Origin: Lachnospiraceae bacterium | GTDB taxonomy: Bacteria; Bacillota; Clostridia; Lachnospirales; Lachnospiraceae | Length of the DNA: 64,000 bases | Reading direction: 5' to 3' | Assembly: GCA_030523345.1 (NCBI GenBank) | Contig: JAUNIR010000004.1 | Coordinates: forward strand, 41-64,040 | Part shown: positions 8,276 through 20,649 of the stretch, piece after piece | How the letters are laid out: the number at the start of each line of letters is the position of its first letter | Position numbering within the stretch: position 1 is the first letter of the stretch | The notes under the pieces: model-generated | Database searches by the model: none | Told to the model about the DNA's origin: nothing | Seen by the model: the letters and a program-made list of their open reading frames with translations, nothing else | Translations under genes and position numbers: made by a program

Positions 8276-9796
8276 TTATTCTTCCTTAGTATCTGGCTCA
8301 ACTGTACCAAATGCTTTTTTCAAAACAACAACAGTACCAATCATAAGAGCAATACCAATAATCAAACTAACTGCCGCATTCTTTGTTGCACCAGCTATTA
8401 CATATGTAATGCAGCTGACTACTGCACATGTCATGGCGTATGGAAGCTGTGTCGATACATGATTAACATGATTACACTGACCTCCTGCTGAAGCCATAAT
8501 TGTTGTATCAGAAATTGGTGAGCAGTGGTCTCCACATACAGCACCAGCCATACATGCTGAAATTGAAATGATCATCATTGTAGCATCTCTTCCTTCAAAT
8601 ACTGCAACAACGATAGGGATAAGAATACCAAATGTTCCCCAGCTTGTTCCTGTAGCGAAAGCAAGTAAGCATCCAACAATAAAGATAATTGCAGGAAGCA
8701 TTGTGACAAGTCCGCCTGCTGCTGATTCCATAAGGCCTGCAACATATTCCTTAGCACCAAGTGAGTCTGTCATTGCCTTAAGTGTCCATGCAAATGTAAG
8801 AATTAAAATTGCAGGTACCATTGCCTTAAAGCCTTCTGGCACACATGACATTGAGTCCTTAAATGAAAGTACTTTTCTGCATGCATAGAAAATAACTGTA
8901 ATAAGGAATGCAAAGAAACTACCAAGCATAAGTCCGACTGATGCATCTGAATTTGAGAATGCCTCAACGAATCCAGTACCTGTAAAAAATCCACCTGAAT
9001 AAATCATTCCAATAACACAACATATTATAAGAACTACAACTGGTAAAACAAGATCAAGAACTGTACCATTATCGTTACCTTCATCATCTGAAGTTCCACC
9101 AAATGGAATTTCCCCAGTTGTAAAGAGATCTCCCTTTAATGCATTCAATTCATGATTTTTCATTGAACCGAATTCAACCTTCATAAGAACCATTGTAATC
9201 ATCATTACAATTGTAAGTAACGCATAGTAGTTATAAGGAATTGCCTTAAGGAAAACTGTAAATCCATCTTCTCCCTCAACAAATCCAGAAACTGCAGCTG
9301 CCCAGCTTGATACTGGAGCGATGATACAAATAGGAGCAGCTGTTGCATCAATAAGATACGAAAGCTTTGCTCTTGAAATGTTATGTCTGTCTGTTACAGG
9401 CCTCATAACTGAACCAACTGTAAGACAGTTAAAATAGTCATCAATAAAGATAAGTGCACCAAGAAGGATTGTTGCAAGCTGTGCGCCAACTCTTGTTTTG
9501 ATATGAGTCTCAGCCCATCTACCAAAAGCCTTTGATCCACCTGCCATGTTCATCATGCATACCATAATACCAAGTACTACTAAGAATACGATGATACCCA
9601 TGTTGTAACTGTCTGTAAGTGAACCAACAATTCCGTCCTGGAAAATGTGAATTACTGTTCCTTCAAAATTAAAGTTTGCATAGAACAGACCACCGATTGC
9701 GATTCCAACAAATAATGAGCTGTATACTTCCTTAGTAATAAGAGCAAGTACAATAGCTACAATAGCTGGAACCAATGCCCAAAATGTTCCTGTCAT
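8276..9796 (-). CDS. Na+/H+ antiporter, NhaC family
   Basis: 506-aa polytopic membrane protein. Conserved stretches such as IFIDDYFNCLTVGSVMRPVTD and GDHCSPISDTT are typical of NhaC-family antiporters. Confidence 0.82.
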   Translation of the reverse strand: MTGTFWALVPAIVAIVLALITKEVYSSLFVGIAIGGLFYANFNFEGTVIHIFQDGIVGSLTDSYNMGIIVFLVVLGIMVCMMNMAGGSKAFGRWAETHIKTRVGAQLATILLGALIFIDDYFNCLTVGSVMRPVTDRHNISRAKLSYLIDATAAPICIIAPVSSWAAAVSGFVEGEDGFTVFLKAIPYNYYALLTIVMMITMVLMKVEFGSMKNHELNALKGDLFTTGEIPFGGTSDDEGNDNGTVLDLVLPVVVLIICCVIGMIYSGGFFTGTGFVEAFSNSDASVGLMLGSFFAFLITVIFYACRKVLSFKDSMSCVPEGFKAMVPAILILTFAWTLKAMTDSLGAKEYVAGLMESAAGGLVTMLPAIIFIVGCLLAFATGTSWGTFGILIPIVVAVFEGRDATMMIISISACMAGAVCGDHCSPISDTTIMASAGGQCNHVNHVSTQLPYAMTCAVVSCITYVIAGATKNAAVSLIIGIALMIGTVVVLKKAFGTVEPDTKEE

Positions 9797-9852
9797 TTTT
9801 CTTCTCCTCTTAAAATATATTTTCTTAACTCCATAAAGAGTATGCGTTCTAA

Positions 9853-10491
9853 TTATTTTATTTCATCAATATCTACGCCTACAAGACCACCCTTATAGAA
9901 ATGTGCCCTTATCATCTTTAGATACTTCGAGAACTCAGCCACCAATGCATCTGCATCAGTATCGCCTTCTACAAGATGTTCCTTAAGGAAGCTGTCCGAC
10001 ATCCATCTAATCATATCTACTACTTTCTGTACTACGATATAATCCTGAAACTTACTTGTATCTGCTTGCTTATATATAACATTTATCATGCTTTCAAATG
10101 CATAAGCATTTTCCCCTATTACCTCTTTAGCCTTAGGGTCAGTTTCATACTTGAGTGTACTCAAGAACTGTTGCATATAAGGGTAAAGTTTCATAACCCT
10201 TATTTTTGCCTGTTCCATCATCATCTGCAACTCGAAGAAATCTTTTTCGTACTTGCTTACGGATCCACTGAATTCAAAATTCATGTATTTGATGGAATAA
10301 TCAATGATGTATTCATACAATGAGAGTTTATTTGAAAAATAATGAAAAAGAAGTCCTTTTGATATTCCCGCTTCCTTAACAATTACATCAGTGCTGGCTT
10401 TTCTATATCCGTTTAATGCAAATACTTTAATGGCCGCATTGAGAATTCTCTCCTGCTTTTCATTTTTTATTTCGAAAAATTTCTCATTCAT
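9853..10491 (-). CDS. TetR/AcrR-family transcriptional regulator
   Basis: 212 aa. The N-terminal HTH reads ILNAAIKVFALNGYRKASTDVIVKEAGISKGLLFHYF. The start overlaps the stop of the upstream GGDEF-EAL gene by 4 nt. Confidence 0.85.
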   Translation of the reverse strand: MNEKFFEIKNEKQERILNAAIKVFALNGYRKASTDVIVKEAGISKGLLFHYFSNKLSLYEYIIDYSIKYMNFEFSGSVSKYEKDFFELQMMMEQAKIRVMKLYPYMQQFLSTLKYETDPKAKEVIGENAYAFESMINVIYKQADTSKFQDYIVVQKVVDMIRWMSDSFLKEHLVEGDTDADALVAEFSKYLKMIRAHFYKGGLVGVDIDEIK

Positions 10492-13127
10492 ACGTATTTC
10501 TCTTCAAAATCTTTTCTTGGCATAGGTCTTCCAAAATAATAACCCTGAATCATGTGTACATTCATTGACTCAAGAACATTCAACTGTTCTATAGTCTCAA
10601 TACCCTCAACGCAGATTTTAACATCCAAAGCCTGTGCAAGCTCACCAATCATCAAAACAAATGACTTAGCATATTCATCTGTATCTAAGTTTCTAACAAA
10701 TGTCTGGTCAATCTTGATTACATCTATAGGTATTTCTCTTACATGGTTAAGTGACGAATAACCCGTTCCGAAGTCATCAAGTGCAATCTTAACACCAAGA
10801 GCCTTGATTTTATCAAGAATTTTCTTCATTCGTACCATATCGTTAATTGCCAAAGACTCTGTAACCTCAAGCGTAAGGTTTCTTGGATTAATTCCTGTTC
10901 TTTTAATGATTTCTTCTATTGTCTCCGCTATATCATTCTGAAGAAGCTGAACTACTGACAAGTTAACATTAACCTTATAATATGGATGTCCATTTTCATT
11001 CCAATGCTTAAGTGCAATACACGCCTGTTCAAGTACATGGTTACCAATAGGATTGATAAGTCCTAAATACTCAGCCAATGGAATAAATTCTCCAGGAGAT
11101 ACAAATCCTAAATCCTGTGAATTCCATCTAAGAAGTGCTTCTGCACCTACGCAAGGGTTGCCCTCTTTCTTAACATCAACAATAGGCTGGAAGTATACTT
11201 CGAACTCGCCATATCCATCAGCAGTTGCATAACGCATTGATTTTTCCATATCAAGACGTTTACTACTCTCTGCATCTGCTTCCTTAGTATATACAGAAAC
11301 CTTGTTCTTACCTGATTTTTTAGCTTGATACATTGCAATATCAGCCTTCTTAATAAGATCTTGAACTGTATCACCGTCTTCTGGGAATTTAACAATACCA
11401 ATACTAGACGTACAGTAGTAATCAGCGCCTTTAAGGAACCAAGGTTTATTAAACACAACTCTGATTTCTTCCTGTATTTCCTCAAACTTTGGATAACTGT
11501 CACAAGGAACGATAATGACAAATTCATCTCCACCCATTCTGTAACATGTATTTTCTATTCCATCTATTCTTCTCATTGAATTTGATATTGCCTTAAGAAG
11601 AACATCTCCATACTGGTGTCCAAGTCCATCATTAATGTGCTTAAAGTCATCAAGATCCAAATAAATAATTGCACCTGATCTGCCAGACGTCTTAGCTTCG
11701 TCTATATATCTTGTAAGATCTCTTTCACAGCACATACGGTTATAAAGACCTGTAAGGAAGTCATTATTAGCCTGCTGTTCAATTTTCTGCTGATACATCT
11801 TCTTATCAGTAATATCAAAAAGAGAATTCAAAGATACTCTTCTACCATCAACCCACTGGATATGAGTTGTATTTAAATCGTACCAGCGTCTTCTTTCAGG
11901 ATACTCTACTTCCATGTACGAAGTAGCTAAATTACTTCTTGCTCCTCTTTCGAAAAGCTCCTCAAGCTTACCATTCTCCATTTCTTTAGAGAATGTACTT
12001 TTACATATCTTATTGGCAACAAGAATCTTGCCACTTTCAGTATCTCTTACATAAATCGCACTACCTACATTATCAAGTACTGCTTCTAGCGATTTATAAG
12101 AACTTGCAATCGAGTTCTTCTGAAGTCTTCTAGTAAGAACACTCTGTAATACCTTCACAACATCGGAATAAAATTTAGTTTCTTCTAAATCCCATGTCTT
12201 TTCATCTGTAATATCTGCAAAGAACACATACATTATTGGCACATGGTTCTTAAATACCGGAAATACTACCATTCCCTTAATATCCATTGCATCCATCCAG
12301 TGTCGACTGATATGGTCAATAGGTGTTTTATAGGAAATAATAGACGGTCTGTCTGAAAGACTATGAAGTGTATCTAATGGAATGTCTTCAAACTCCCTAT
12401 CGAGCGTAAATGTATCTTCCCTATTATAATCAACAACAATCTCTACTAAATCTTCATTAACAAGCTTCAATAAGTATGCGTGAGATATACCACTGAATTT
12501 AGCAGCTCCTGAAATAATCTTATATGCAATATCATCAAACTGTTCGTCTGATTCAAGAAGCTGTACTATTTCATTCATGAAACGATACTTTCTAACCGCT
12601 TCCTTATCCTCAGCAGATGATGATCCTTCTGAGGAATTCTGTGAGCCTCTCAATATATCATCATATAATCCACCATACATTCTGTTTGATGCCTGTCTTA
12701 ACAAATCAATCGATTTTGTAAAATCAGATTCAGAAAGTGTTGTATGGAAATTCTTTACTGCATTTTCCCCTTCATCATCATCTAAAACACCACAAATAAA
12801 CCAACAAAATGCTGGTTTACCTGCTATCTTTACTCCTATTGTTGCAATTTTAATATTAGAGTATTCTGTATCTTCTATTACTTGCTCTTCTAATGAATTT
12901 CCAAGTACTCTGACTACAGCTGAAGTTATCTGATCTGATGATAAAAGTGAAAGAAGTCTATCAACTTCAAGTGGATCTCCTGAAATTTCAGTGACCCTAT
13001 TTATACCCTGGCCATCATTAGCCATACAGAAAATAAACAACTTTGTAACATTAGAATAAATGTCCTGAAATTGCTGAAGTTCTTTATAATCCAATTTTAA
13101 ACTTACTGGTGAAACCCCCGAATTCAT
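10488..13127 (-). CDS. Multidomain c-di-GMP protein: N-terminal sensory region(s), PAS-like segment, GGDEF, EAL
   Basis: 879 aa. The GGDEF region has DFLTGLYNR, LDLDDFKHINDGLGHQYGD and RMGGDEF. The EAL region has EALLRW, the LEVTE-type motif TLEVTES, DDFGTGYSSL, KIDQTF and EGIET. Confidence 0.9.
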   Translation of the reverse strand: MNSGVSPVSLKLDYKELQQFQDIYSNVTKLFIFCMANDGQGINRVTEISGDPLEVDRLLSLLSSDQITSAVVRVLGNSLEEQVIEDTEYSNIKIATIGVKIAGKPAFCWFICGVLDDDEGENAVKNFHTTLSESDFTKSIDLLRQASNRMYGGLYDDILRGSQNSSEGSSSAEDKEAVRKYRFMNEIVQLLESDEQFDDIAYKIISGAAKFSGISHAYLLKLVNEDLVEIVVDYNREDTFTLDREFEDIPLDTLHSLSDRPSIISYKTPIDHISRHWMDAMDIKGMVVFPVFKNHVPIMYVFFADITDEKTWDLEETKFYSDVVKVLQSVLTRRLQKNSIASSYKSLEAVLDNVGSAIYVRDTESGKILVANKICKSTFSKEMENGKLEELFERGARSNLATSYMEVEYPERRRWYDLNTTHIQWVDGRRVSLNSLFDITDKKMYQQKIEQQANNDFLTGLYNRMCCERDLTRYIDEAKTSGRSGAIIYLDLDDFKHINDGLGHQYGDVLLKAISNSMRRIDGIENTCYRMGGDEFVIIVPCDSYPKFEEIQEEIRVVFNKPWFLKGADYYCTSSIGIVKFPEDGDTVQDLIKKADIAMYQAKKSGKNKVSVYTKEADAESSKRLDMEKSMRYATADGYGEFEVYFQPIVDVKKEGNPCVGAEALLRWNSQDLGFVSPGEFIPLAEYLGLINPIGNHVLEQACIALKHWNENGHPYYKVNVNLSVVQLLQNDIAETIEEIIKRTGINPRNLTLEVTESLAINDMVRMKKILDKIKALGVKIALDDFGTGYSSLNHVREIPIDVIKIDQTFVRNLDTDEYAKSFVLMIGELAQALDVKICVEGIETIEQLNVLESMNVHMIQGYYFGRPMPRKDFEEKYV

Positions 13128-13133
13128 CTACCC

Positions 13134-13898
13134 CTATCCTTTACGTTCTCTTTTGTTATAGGCAACAATTCCAATCACACTACTGAGAACAGTATATACG
13201 ATACCCTGACCGATAATAAATGGAACCGATCTCTCTGGATCTGCAATATATGGAATATGCCCAAAGCTTTGCGATATCAAAATCTTTCTCACCATAATAA
13301 ATGGAGCAAGCGAGAATGGTTCTGCCGCAAAGAACATTATGAATCTTGGAATAACAAGTGTGAGAATAAAAAACGCAACATATGCCTTTTTCTTACTCTC
13401 AAACATAAATAAAAACATAAATCCAAATGAAACACCGGCAACCCACAAAAGGATTGAAACCGACATATTTTCTACAAAAAGACTAACATCATACGATGTA
13501 ATGTCCGAATGAAAAATACGTGTTGTAACTAAAAGTGTAACAAACGCAAGTATCATATATGAAAGTGAAACAATAAGTCCTGCTGACAGTTCAGATAAAT
13601 ATACTGCAGTTCTAGACATATTTTTTGTAACACTGTCCTTAATATGAGGGTCTGGATAAGTTCCAAATACCATGTCTGCAAAGAAAATTGTTGCAAGATA
13701 TGGAATTGGGAAACACCAAGAAGCAAATGCGAGTACATTTGAACCCAAAACTCCATCAATATCAGAACCATATATAAGTGTAAATGCCATTACGGCAAGA
13801 TTGGCAATAAGACAAATGGCAACTACAGATATAGCCATAACCTTAGCTGTCTTTGTCTTATATGCTGTTTTTAATTCTCTTAAAATATATTTAATCAT
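13134..13898 (-). CDS. Hypothetical polytopic membrane protein (about 6 TM, ABC-2-permease-like topology)
   Basis: 254-aa ORF with six hydrophobic segments and no catalytic motif that I recognise. It is packed between guaB (1-nt gap) and the GGDEF-EAL gene (6-nt gap). Confidence 0.6.
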   Translation of the reverse strand: MIKYILRELKTAYKTKTAKVMAISVVAICLIANLAVMAFTLIYGSDIDGVLGSNVLAFASWCFPIPYLATIFFADMVFGTYPDPHIKDSVTKNMSRTAVYLSELSAGLIVSLSYMILAFVTLLVTTRIFHSDITSYDVSLFVENMSVSILLWVAGVSFGFMFLFMFESKKKAYVAFFILTLVIPRFIMFFAAEPFSLAPFIMVRKILISQSFGHIPYIADPERSVPFIIGQGIVYTVLSSVIGIVAYNKRERKG

Positions 13899-13899
13899 T

Positions 13900-15369
<1,470 letters not shown>

Positions 15370-15379
15370 TTATATGTAT

Positions 15380-15886
15380 TTAGTACTCCATAACCTTTCT
15401 AGGCATCACTGTCTTGATTGCTGAAATAAGTGCCGGATCTGGTTCAAGGTATACTAGTATTTCTTGATTTCCATCTTTATATACTAAAACGTAAGGAACC
15501 ACTCCCTCTTTACGGGAACTGTAGTCTCTTACTGGAGTATTCTTACTCTTATATGAATCAAGTTCGTGCGATGTGAGAGGACACATGAACTCCATCTTAT
15601 CTAAATCATAAGAGCCCAGAGTCTTTCTATTGCTCTTAGCAATTATTTTATCTATAGATAGTTCCTTACCAATAAATAAATATTCAAATTCATAATCAGG
15701 ATTTGGTACTACAAACACGCCAATAATACCTACCGCAACCGCTACTAGAAAAAGTAGTGGAATACCAGTAAGTATCGCTACCAACACACATATACCGCAT
15801 ACTGCGTATGAAACATTTTTTAGTAGTGCGTAGAAAGAATTCCTCTCCCTTTCTACAAGGCTTTCGACATATGAATCACCCATCAA
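15380..15886 (-). CDS. Hypothetical membrane protein (two central TM helices)
   Basis: 168-aa ORF with a hydrophobic hairpin (VCGICVLVAILTGIPLLFLVAVAVGIIGVFVV). No recognisable catalytic motif. It sits 25 nt upstream of guaB. Confidence 0.55.
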   Translation of the reverse strand: MMGDSYVESLVERERNSFYALLKNVSYAVCGICVLVAILTGIPLLFLVAVAVGIIGVFVVPNPDYEFEYLFIGKELSIDKIIAKSNRKTLGSYDLDKMEFMCPLTSHELDSYKSKNTPVRDYSSRKEGVVPYVLVYKDGNQEILVYLEPDPALISAIKTVMPRKVMEY

Positions 15887-15922
15887 TTTTCTCCCAATTA
15901 ATTACCTTTTATTGTAACAAAT

Positions 15923-16384
15923 TTAATTCAAAATCTCAATAATTGCTTCTACTTCAACTGTCGCATCAAGAGGTAGCTGATTCACAGCCACAGCCGATCT
16001 TGTATGTCTTCCTGCTTCACCAAAAACATCGAACAAAAGCTCTGATGCACCATTTGCAACAAGATGCTGTTTATCGAATCCAGTCTTAGAAGCCACAAAA
16101 GCTGTGATTTTCACTATCGATGAAACTTTATCAAGATCTCCAACATGAGCCTTTACAGCACTAATAATATTAATTGCACAAAGTCTTGCTGCTGCCTGTG
16201 CCTCTTCCAATGTTCTGTCTTCTCCCACTTTGCCTGTATACTGCATAACTCCAGCCTTAACAGGTATCTGACCCGAAACAAATAAAAGGTTTCCGGTCTG
16301 CTTAACTGGCACATACATTGCTGCAGGTGCTGCTGCCTCTGGAAGATCAATTCCTAATTCCTTAATTCTATTCTCAATATTCAT
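15923..16384 (-). CDS. RidA/YjgF-family reactive intermediate deaminase
   Basis: 153 aa counted from the internal ATG (MNIENR...), which is preceded by GGAGGA. The longer ORF start at 16414 lacks an RBS. YjgF-type features include GQIP, the ARLCAINII region and the C-terminal VEVEAI. Confidence 0.85.
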   Translation of the reverse strand: MNIENRIKELGIDLPEAAAPAAMYVPVKQTGNLLFVSGQIPVKAGVMQYTGKVGEDRTLEEAQAAARLCAINIISAVKAHVGDLDKVSSIVKITAFVASKTGFDKQHLVANGASELLFDVFGEAGRHTRSAVAVNQLPLDATVEVEAIIEILN

Positions 16385-16432
16385 AGAAGTTCCTCCATCT
16401 TGATAGTAAACCAAATCTTTCCAATCATTATT

Positions 16433-17779
16433 CTAAATATGTAAAAGACGTGTTGCTATCGCAAAATAAATCATAAGCGACAAAGCATCAACAATAGTTG
16501 TAATGAATGGTGATGCCATAACCGCTGGGTCAAACCCAGCTTTCTGAGCCAGCATAGGCAATGTGCATCCAACAATCTTTGCAAAAAGTACTGCTAGTAC
16601 AAGTGTCAAGCACACAACTAAAGCAACAACAACTGTTACATGATCTATAAGCATAATTTTAAAGAAATTAGCAACGGCAAGTGTTATACCACAAAGGAAT
16701 GCCACCCTTATTTCCTTCCATATAACCTTTCCAATATCAGAAAACTCAATTTCATTTAGTGAAAGCCCTCGGATAATTGTAACAGATGCCTGACCTCCAG
16801 CATTTCCGCCAGTATCCATAAGCATTGGAATAAAGCTTGTTAAAACGACATATGTTCCAAGTGCAGTCTCATAGTGAGTTATGATTTTACCAGTAACTGT
16901 TGCTGAAATCATAAGAAGAAGTAACCATGGAATTCTCTTTTTCCACGTCTCAAAAACTGTTGTTCTGGAATACGGTTTATCAGTAGGCACGATAGCTGCC
17001 ATCTTTTCGATATCCTCTGTAGCCTCTTCTGTCATGATATCGATGATATCATCGACTGTAACGATTCCTACTAGTCTATCTTCATTGTCCACAACAGGCA
17101 TAGTCGTAAAGTCATATTTTGACATAAGCTTAGCAACTTCTTCCTGGTCAGTAAGGGTGTTAACGCTGATGATATTGTCATTCATGAAATCGCCGATTAC
17201 TTCATCTTCGCCACGAAGAAGCAAATAACGTAATGCTACCGTTCCTATAAGGTGACGTTCCTTATCAAGTACATAAGCAATATTGATTGTCTCCTTATCA
17301 ACACCTGTTTTTCTAATTCTGTCTATCGCCTGAGCAACTGTAGACGAAGCCTTCAAGTCTACAAATTCCACCGTCATAATAGATCCGGCCGAATCATCAG
17401 GGTATCTTAAAAGGTGATTAATATCTCTACGCTGTTCTGATGAAACATTTGCAAGAAGTTTCTTGACTACCCCTGCTGGCATTTCCTCCATAAGGTCCGC
17501 AGCATCATCCGCCATCAAGTTATTAATGATGTTCGTTGCTTCTCTATCAGTAATAAGAGTGATAATTTCCTGCTCAACCTCAATTGGAAGATATGCAAAA
17601 ACATCTGCCGCAATTGATTTAGGAAGTATTCTAAATACCTTAACTCGCTGTTCAGTGTCCTCGATTTCATCAAGAATCTGCGCGATATCCGCTTCATTCC
17701 ACTCAGAAAGTTCCGTTCTGACTTTGCTATATTGTTTTTCCTGTATTAATTCAAGTATTTCCTCTACTGTCATGTCCAT
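16433..17779 (-). CDS. mgtE: Magnesium transporter MgtE
   Basis: 448 aa with an MgtE N-domain, tandem CBS domains and a C-terminal 5-TM domain carrying PMLMDTGGNAGGQAS and PFITTIVD. Confidence 0.92.
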   Translation of the reverse strand: MDMTVEEILELIQEKQYSKVRTELSEWNEADIAQILDEIEDTEQRVKVFRILPKSIAADVFAYLPIEVEQEIITLITDREATNIINNLMADDAADLMEEMPAGVVKKLLANVSSEQRRDINHLLRYPDDSAGSIMTVEFVDLKASSTVAQAIDRIRKTGVDKETINIAYVLDKERHLIGTVALRYLLLRGEDEVIGDFMNDNIISVNTLTDQEEVAKLMSKYDFTTMPVVDNEDRLVGIVTVDDIIDIMTEEATEDIEKMAAIVPTDKPYSRTTVFETWKKRIPWLLLLMISATVTGKIITHYETALGTYVVLTSFIPMLMDTGGNAGGQASVTIIRGLSLNEIEFSDIGKVIWKEIRVAFLCGITLAVANFFKIMLIDHVTVVVALVVCLTLVLAVLFAKIVGCTLPMLAQKAGFDPAVMASPFITTIVDALSLMIYFAIATRLLHI

Positions 17780-17783
17780 CCTC

Positions 17784-20510
17784 CTACTGCGGTAATGCTA
17801 GTCCTGGATCCGGGATTGGTGCTACTGGAGCTATTCCGTCAGGAACTCCGGCTAAGCCAAGACCCTGCAAAATTGCCTCTGCCTGTGCCGCCGCCTGTGC
17901 CTCAGCACCTGCTGCTGCCTGAGCATCTGCTGCCTGTTTGTAAGCTTCCGCATTTTCAGTCTGATCGGTAACATCCTCCGCTGTAAACATTGGGGCGCCA
18001 TCCTGATAACTATGTATACAATATCCACCAAATGGATTTACCATTCCAGTCGTCAAGTATGGACAAGTACCTGTTGCCATCTTTCCTGTCTGACTACACA
18101 TCTGTCCAAGAACTAAATCTCCCGCAATTGCCTCGCCATTAAGTAGTCCTTCTAACAAGATATCGTGGCCCTGACACATTTCTTTAGGAACTGAGTCCTT
18201 ATCCATAATCTCAGTCCTTGTCTGTGTACAGAATACATTAGGAGCCTTACCTGTTATTGCACATACTGTAGATGATACAACTCCTTCCGGCTTTTCAAAG
18301 TTTTTATATTCAAGGCCCTCGTGGATACGTCCCATAATTGCCTTCCATAAATACTTAGCTGTATTTGTCTCCCCTGAGCCCATATGAACATTATTATCAT
18401 AGCCAGCCCATGTTGCACACGCATAATAAGGTGTGTATCCCGAGAACCATACATCTACGTTACTTGTTGTTGTACCAGTCTTACCTGCTATTGCCATGTT
18501 GCCGAAGTTAACCTTAGCACCTGTACCCTTTGTAACAACGTCTTCCATAGCAGATGTAAGACAATAAGCATTACTTGGCTTAAGAACCTGTCTTGATTTA
18601 ACGCCATTTTCTATAAGAGTCTGCCCATCATGATCAATAATACTTGTATAGAATCTAGGCTTGTTATATGTTCCTTTGTTAGCGATTGAAGCAAATGCTG
18701 CTGTAAGTTCTACATTTGTAACACCATCTGTAAGACCACCAAGAGCAAGTGACTGCGTAATATCCGACGATATACTTCCATCCCACTCAGTTCTCTTTTC
18801 TACAAGAGTCGTAAATCCCATGTTAAGGAGCATATCAAATCCAACTCTAGGAGTTATATCTGTTAACGCCTTAACTGTTACGATATTAAGAGACTGTTCA
18901 ATTCCGTATCGGTACGTACAAATACCCTTATAAGCTTCTCCATACCAGTTCTTAACAGGACGTCCATTTGCGTAATTATATGGAGCATCAAGCTGAGTAG
19001 AAGCAAGTGTATAATCTCCCGTCTCAAGCGCTGGTGCGTAAGCCGCCAAAACCTTAAAGCATGAACCAGGCTGACGCTTAGTATCAGATGCTCTGTTAAG
19101 TGTAAGGGATGCCTCCTTTGTTCCACGACCTCCAACAATTGCTAATACATCTCCTGTTGTAGGCTCAATAATTGTCACAGATGTCTGAGGCTGTGGCGTG
19201 AAGGAAATATTCTCAGCTAAAAATTCCCATCCCGGCTTTTGCATTGCATTCTTGAATTCCTCAATATCAGCTTCTCCTTCTTCCTTAGAAGCATAAATTG
19301 AGTTGAACTTAGAATTTCTATGCTCTTTAAAATAATTCTCAAAATTATATGTAGAAAAATTCTGTGTATCCCCGTTCTCGTCCTCAAAAGTAACCTGATA
19401 CTTGAGATACCACTTGACGTTTTCAGGATAATGTTCTGGATTTTCAATCTCTTCATCACATATTTTCTGAATATCCATATCCTGAGTAGTAAAAATCTGA
19501 AGACCTCCACTATATAGAGTGTTGTAGGCCTGTGTAGATGAATATCCAAGTTGTTCCTGCATATCATTCATAATCTGGTCAACAAGTTCATCCACAAAAT
19601 ATGAGTAAATTGTATTTTTTTCTGTCTGTTCGTTAACCTTCTGGATACGATCATAAACATTATCAGCTAAAGCCTCTTGATACTCAGCATCTGTAATGTA
19701 CTTCTGATCATGCATCTTCCTAAGGACTTCACCCCTTCTCTCTGAGTTATTATCAGGGTGCGAAATAGGATTCCATCTAGAAGGGTTCTGTGTAATACAC
19801 GCAATAACAGCACTTTCTGAAATAGTGAGATCTGAACATGGCTTACCAAAGTATCTTAAGGATGCAGCCTGAATACCAAGGGTACTCTGGCCTAAGTTGA
19901 TAGTATTCAAGTAGTTCTCAAGGATTTTATCCTTATCCATTGTCTTTTCAAGCTGAACCGCACAATACTGTTCCTGGAACTTACGCTTAAATTTATCAAG
20001 TGTTGATGATTCAGATGTCCATGTAATGAATACGTTGTTCTTAAGGAGCTGCTGAGTGATTGTAGAAGCACCCTGTGATAAATCTCCACTTGTAAGTGCT
20101 GTAACGCCAGCTCTCATGATACCCTGAATATCAATACCATTATGTTCATAGAAACGTTCATCCTCGATAGCTACAAAAGCATGCTGCGTATATTCTGGGA
20201 TTTTATCGAGAGTTACATATACTCTGTTAGAATTCTCAGCTACAAGTTTTGTAATCTGATTACCATTTCTGTCATAAACAGTTGTTGAATATCCTGCAGG
20301 AGTTACATCAACATTAGTTATGTCAGGAGCTGTAGCTATAATTCCCATGACAAGTCCCACTACTGCACAAGTACCGCAAATACCTGCAAGACAAGCTCCA
20401 AATACAGCAAGCTCAAAAAATGAAACTCCGAACATTTTCCCAAGCTTTGTAGTAACTGAACCGACTGCTTTGTGTCGTCTCTTTATTGATCTCTTACTAT
20501 AATTATTCAT
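17784..20510 (-). CDS. Class A penicillin-binding protein (PBP1A type: glycosyltransferase plus transpeptidase)
   Basis: 908 aa. N-terminal TM anchor. GT51 motifs are AIEDERFYEHNGID, GASTITQQL and RKFQE. Transpeptidase motifs are GSCFK (SxxK), SLN and KTGTT. The C-terminal tail is rich in Ala, Gln and Pro. Confidence 0.92.
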   Translation of the reverse strand: MNNYSKRSIKRRHKAVGSVTTKLGKMFGVSFFELAVFGACLAGICGTCAVVGLVMGIIATAPDITNVDVTPAGYSTTVYDRNGNQITKLVAENSNRVYVTLDKIPEYTQHAFVAIEDERFYEHNGIDIQGIMRAGVTALTSGDLSQGASTITQQLLKNNVFITWTSESSTLDKFKRKFQEQYCAVQLEKTMDKDKILENYLNTINLGQSTLGIQAASLRYFGKPCSDLTISESAVIACITQNPSRWNPISHPDNNSERRGEVLRKMHDQKYITDAEYQEALADNVYDRIQKVNEQTEKNTIYSYFVDELVDQIMNDMQEQLGYSSTQAYNTLYSGGLQIFTTQDMDIQKICDEEIENPEHYPENVKWYLKYQVTFEDENGDTQNFSTYNFENYFKEHRNSKFNSIYASKEEGEADIEEFKNAMQKPGWEFLAENISFTPQPQTSVTIIEPTTGDVLAIVGGRGTKEASLTLNRASDTKRQPGSCFKVLAAYAPALETGDYTLASTQLDAPYNYANGRPVKNWYGEAYKGICTYRYGIEQSLNIVTVKALTDITPRVGFDMLLNMGFTTLVEKRTEWDGSISSDITQSLALGGLTDGVTNVELTAAFASIANKGTYNKPRFYTSIIDHDGQTLIENGVKSRQVLKPSNAYCLTSAMEDVVTKGTGAKVNFGNMAIAGKTGTTTSNVDVWFSGYTPYYACATWAGYDNNVHMGSGETNTAKYLWKAIMGRIHEGLEYKNFEKPEGVVSSTVCAITGKAPNVFCTQTRTEIMDKDSVPKEMCQGHDILLEGLLNGEAIAGDLVLGQMCSQTGKMATGTCPYLTTGMVNPFGGYCIHSYQDGAPMFTAEDVTDQTENAEAYKQAADAQAAAGAEAQAAAQAEAILQGLGLAGVPDGIAPVAPIPDPGLALPQ

Positions 20511-20649
20511 AATTCAGATGCCTTTTTTATAATTAATGGATACACTTTTCCACAGTAATCTCAATTTAATTATTATAGCAAAAATATAGCCAAATGTCAC
20601 AAAATTTTGTTACAATAAATCATGGTAATTATTATCAGGAGTCAACATT

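Noticed and set aside
16385-16414. N-terminal extensions in the ORF track for six genes: RidA (to 16414), htpG (to 24464), LacI (to 26506), the GT-C protein (to 31894), valS (to 37484) and flagellin (to 45407).
   Set aside because: In each case an internal ATG is preceded by a good GGAGG-type RBS and matches the conserved family N-terminus. The extensions overlap upstream genes, promoters or operators.
17780-17783. M-box (Mg2+) riboswitch in front of mgtE.
   Set aside because: Only 4 nt separate mgtE from the upstream PBP gene, so there is no room for a leader.
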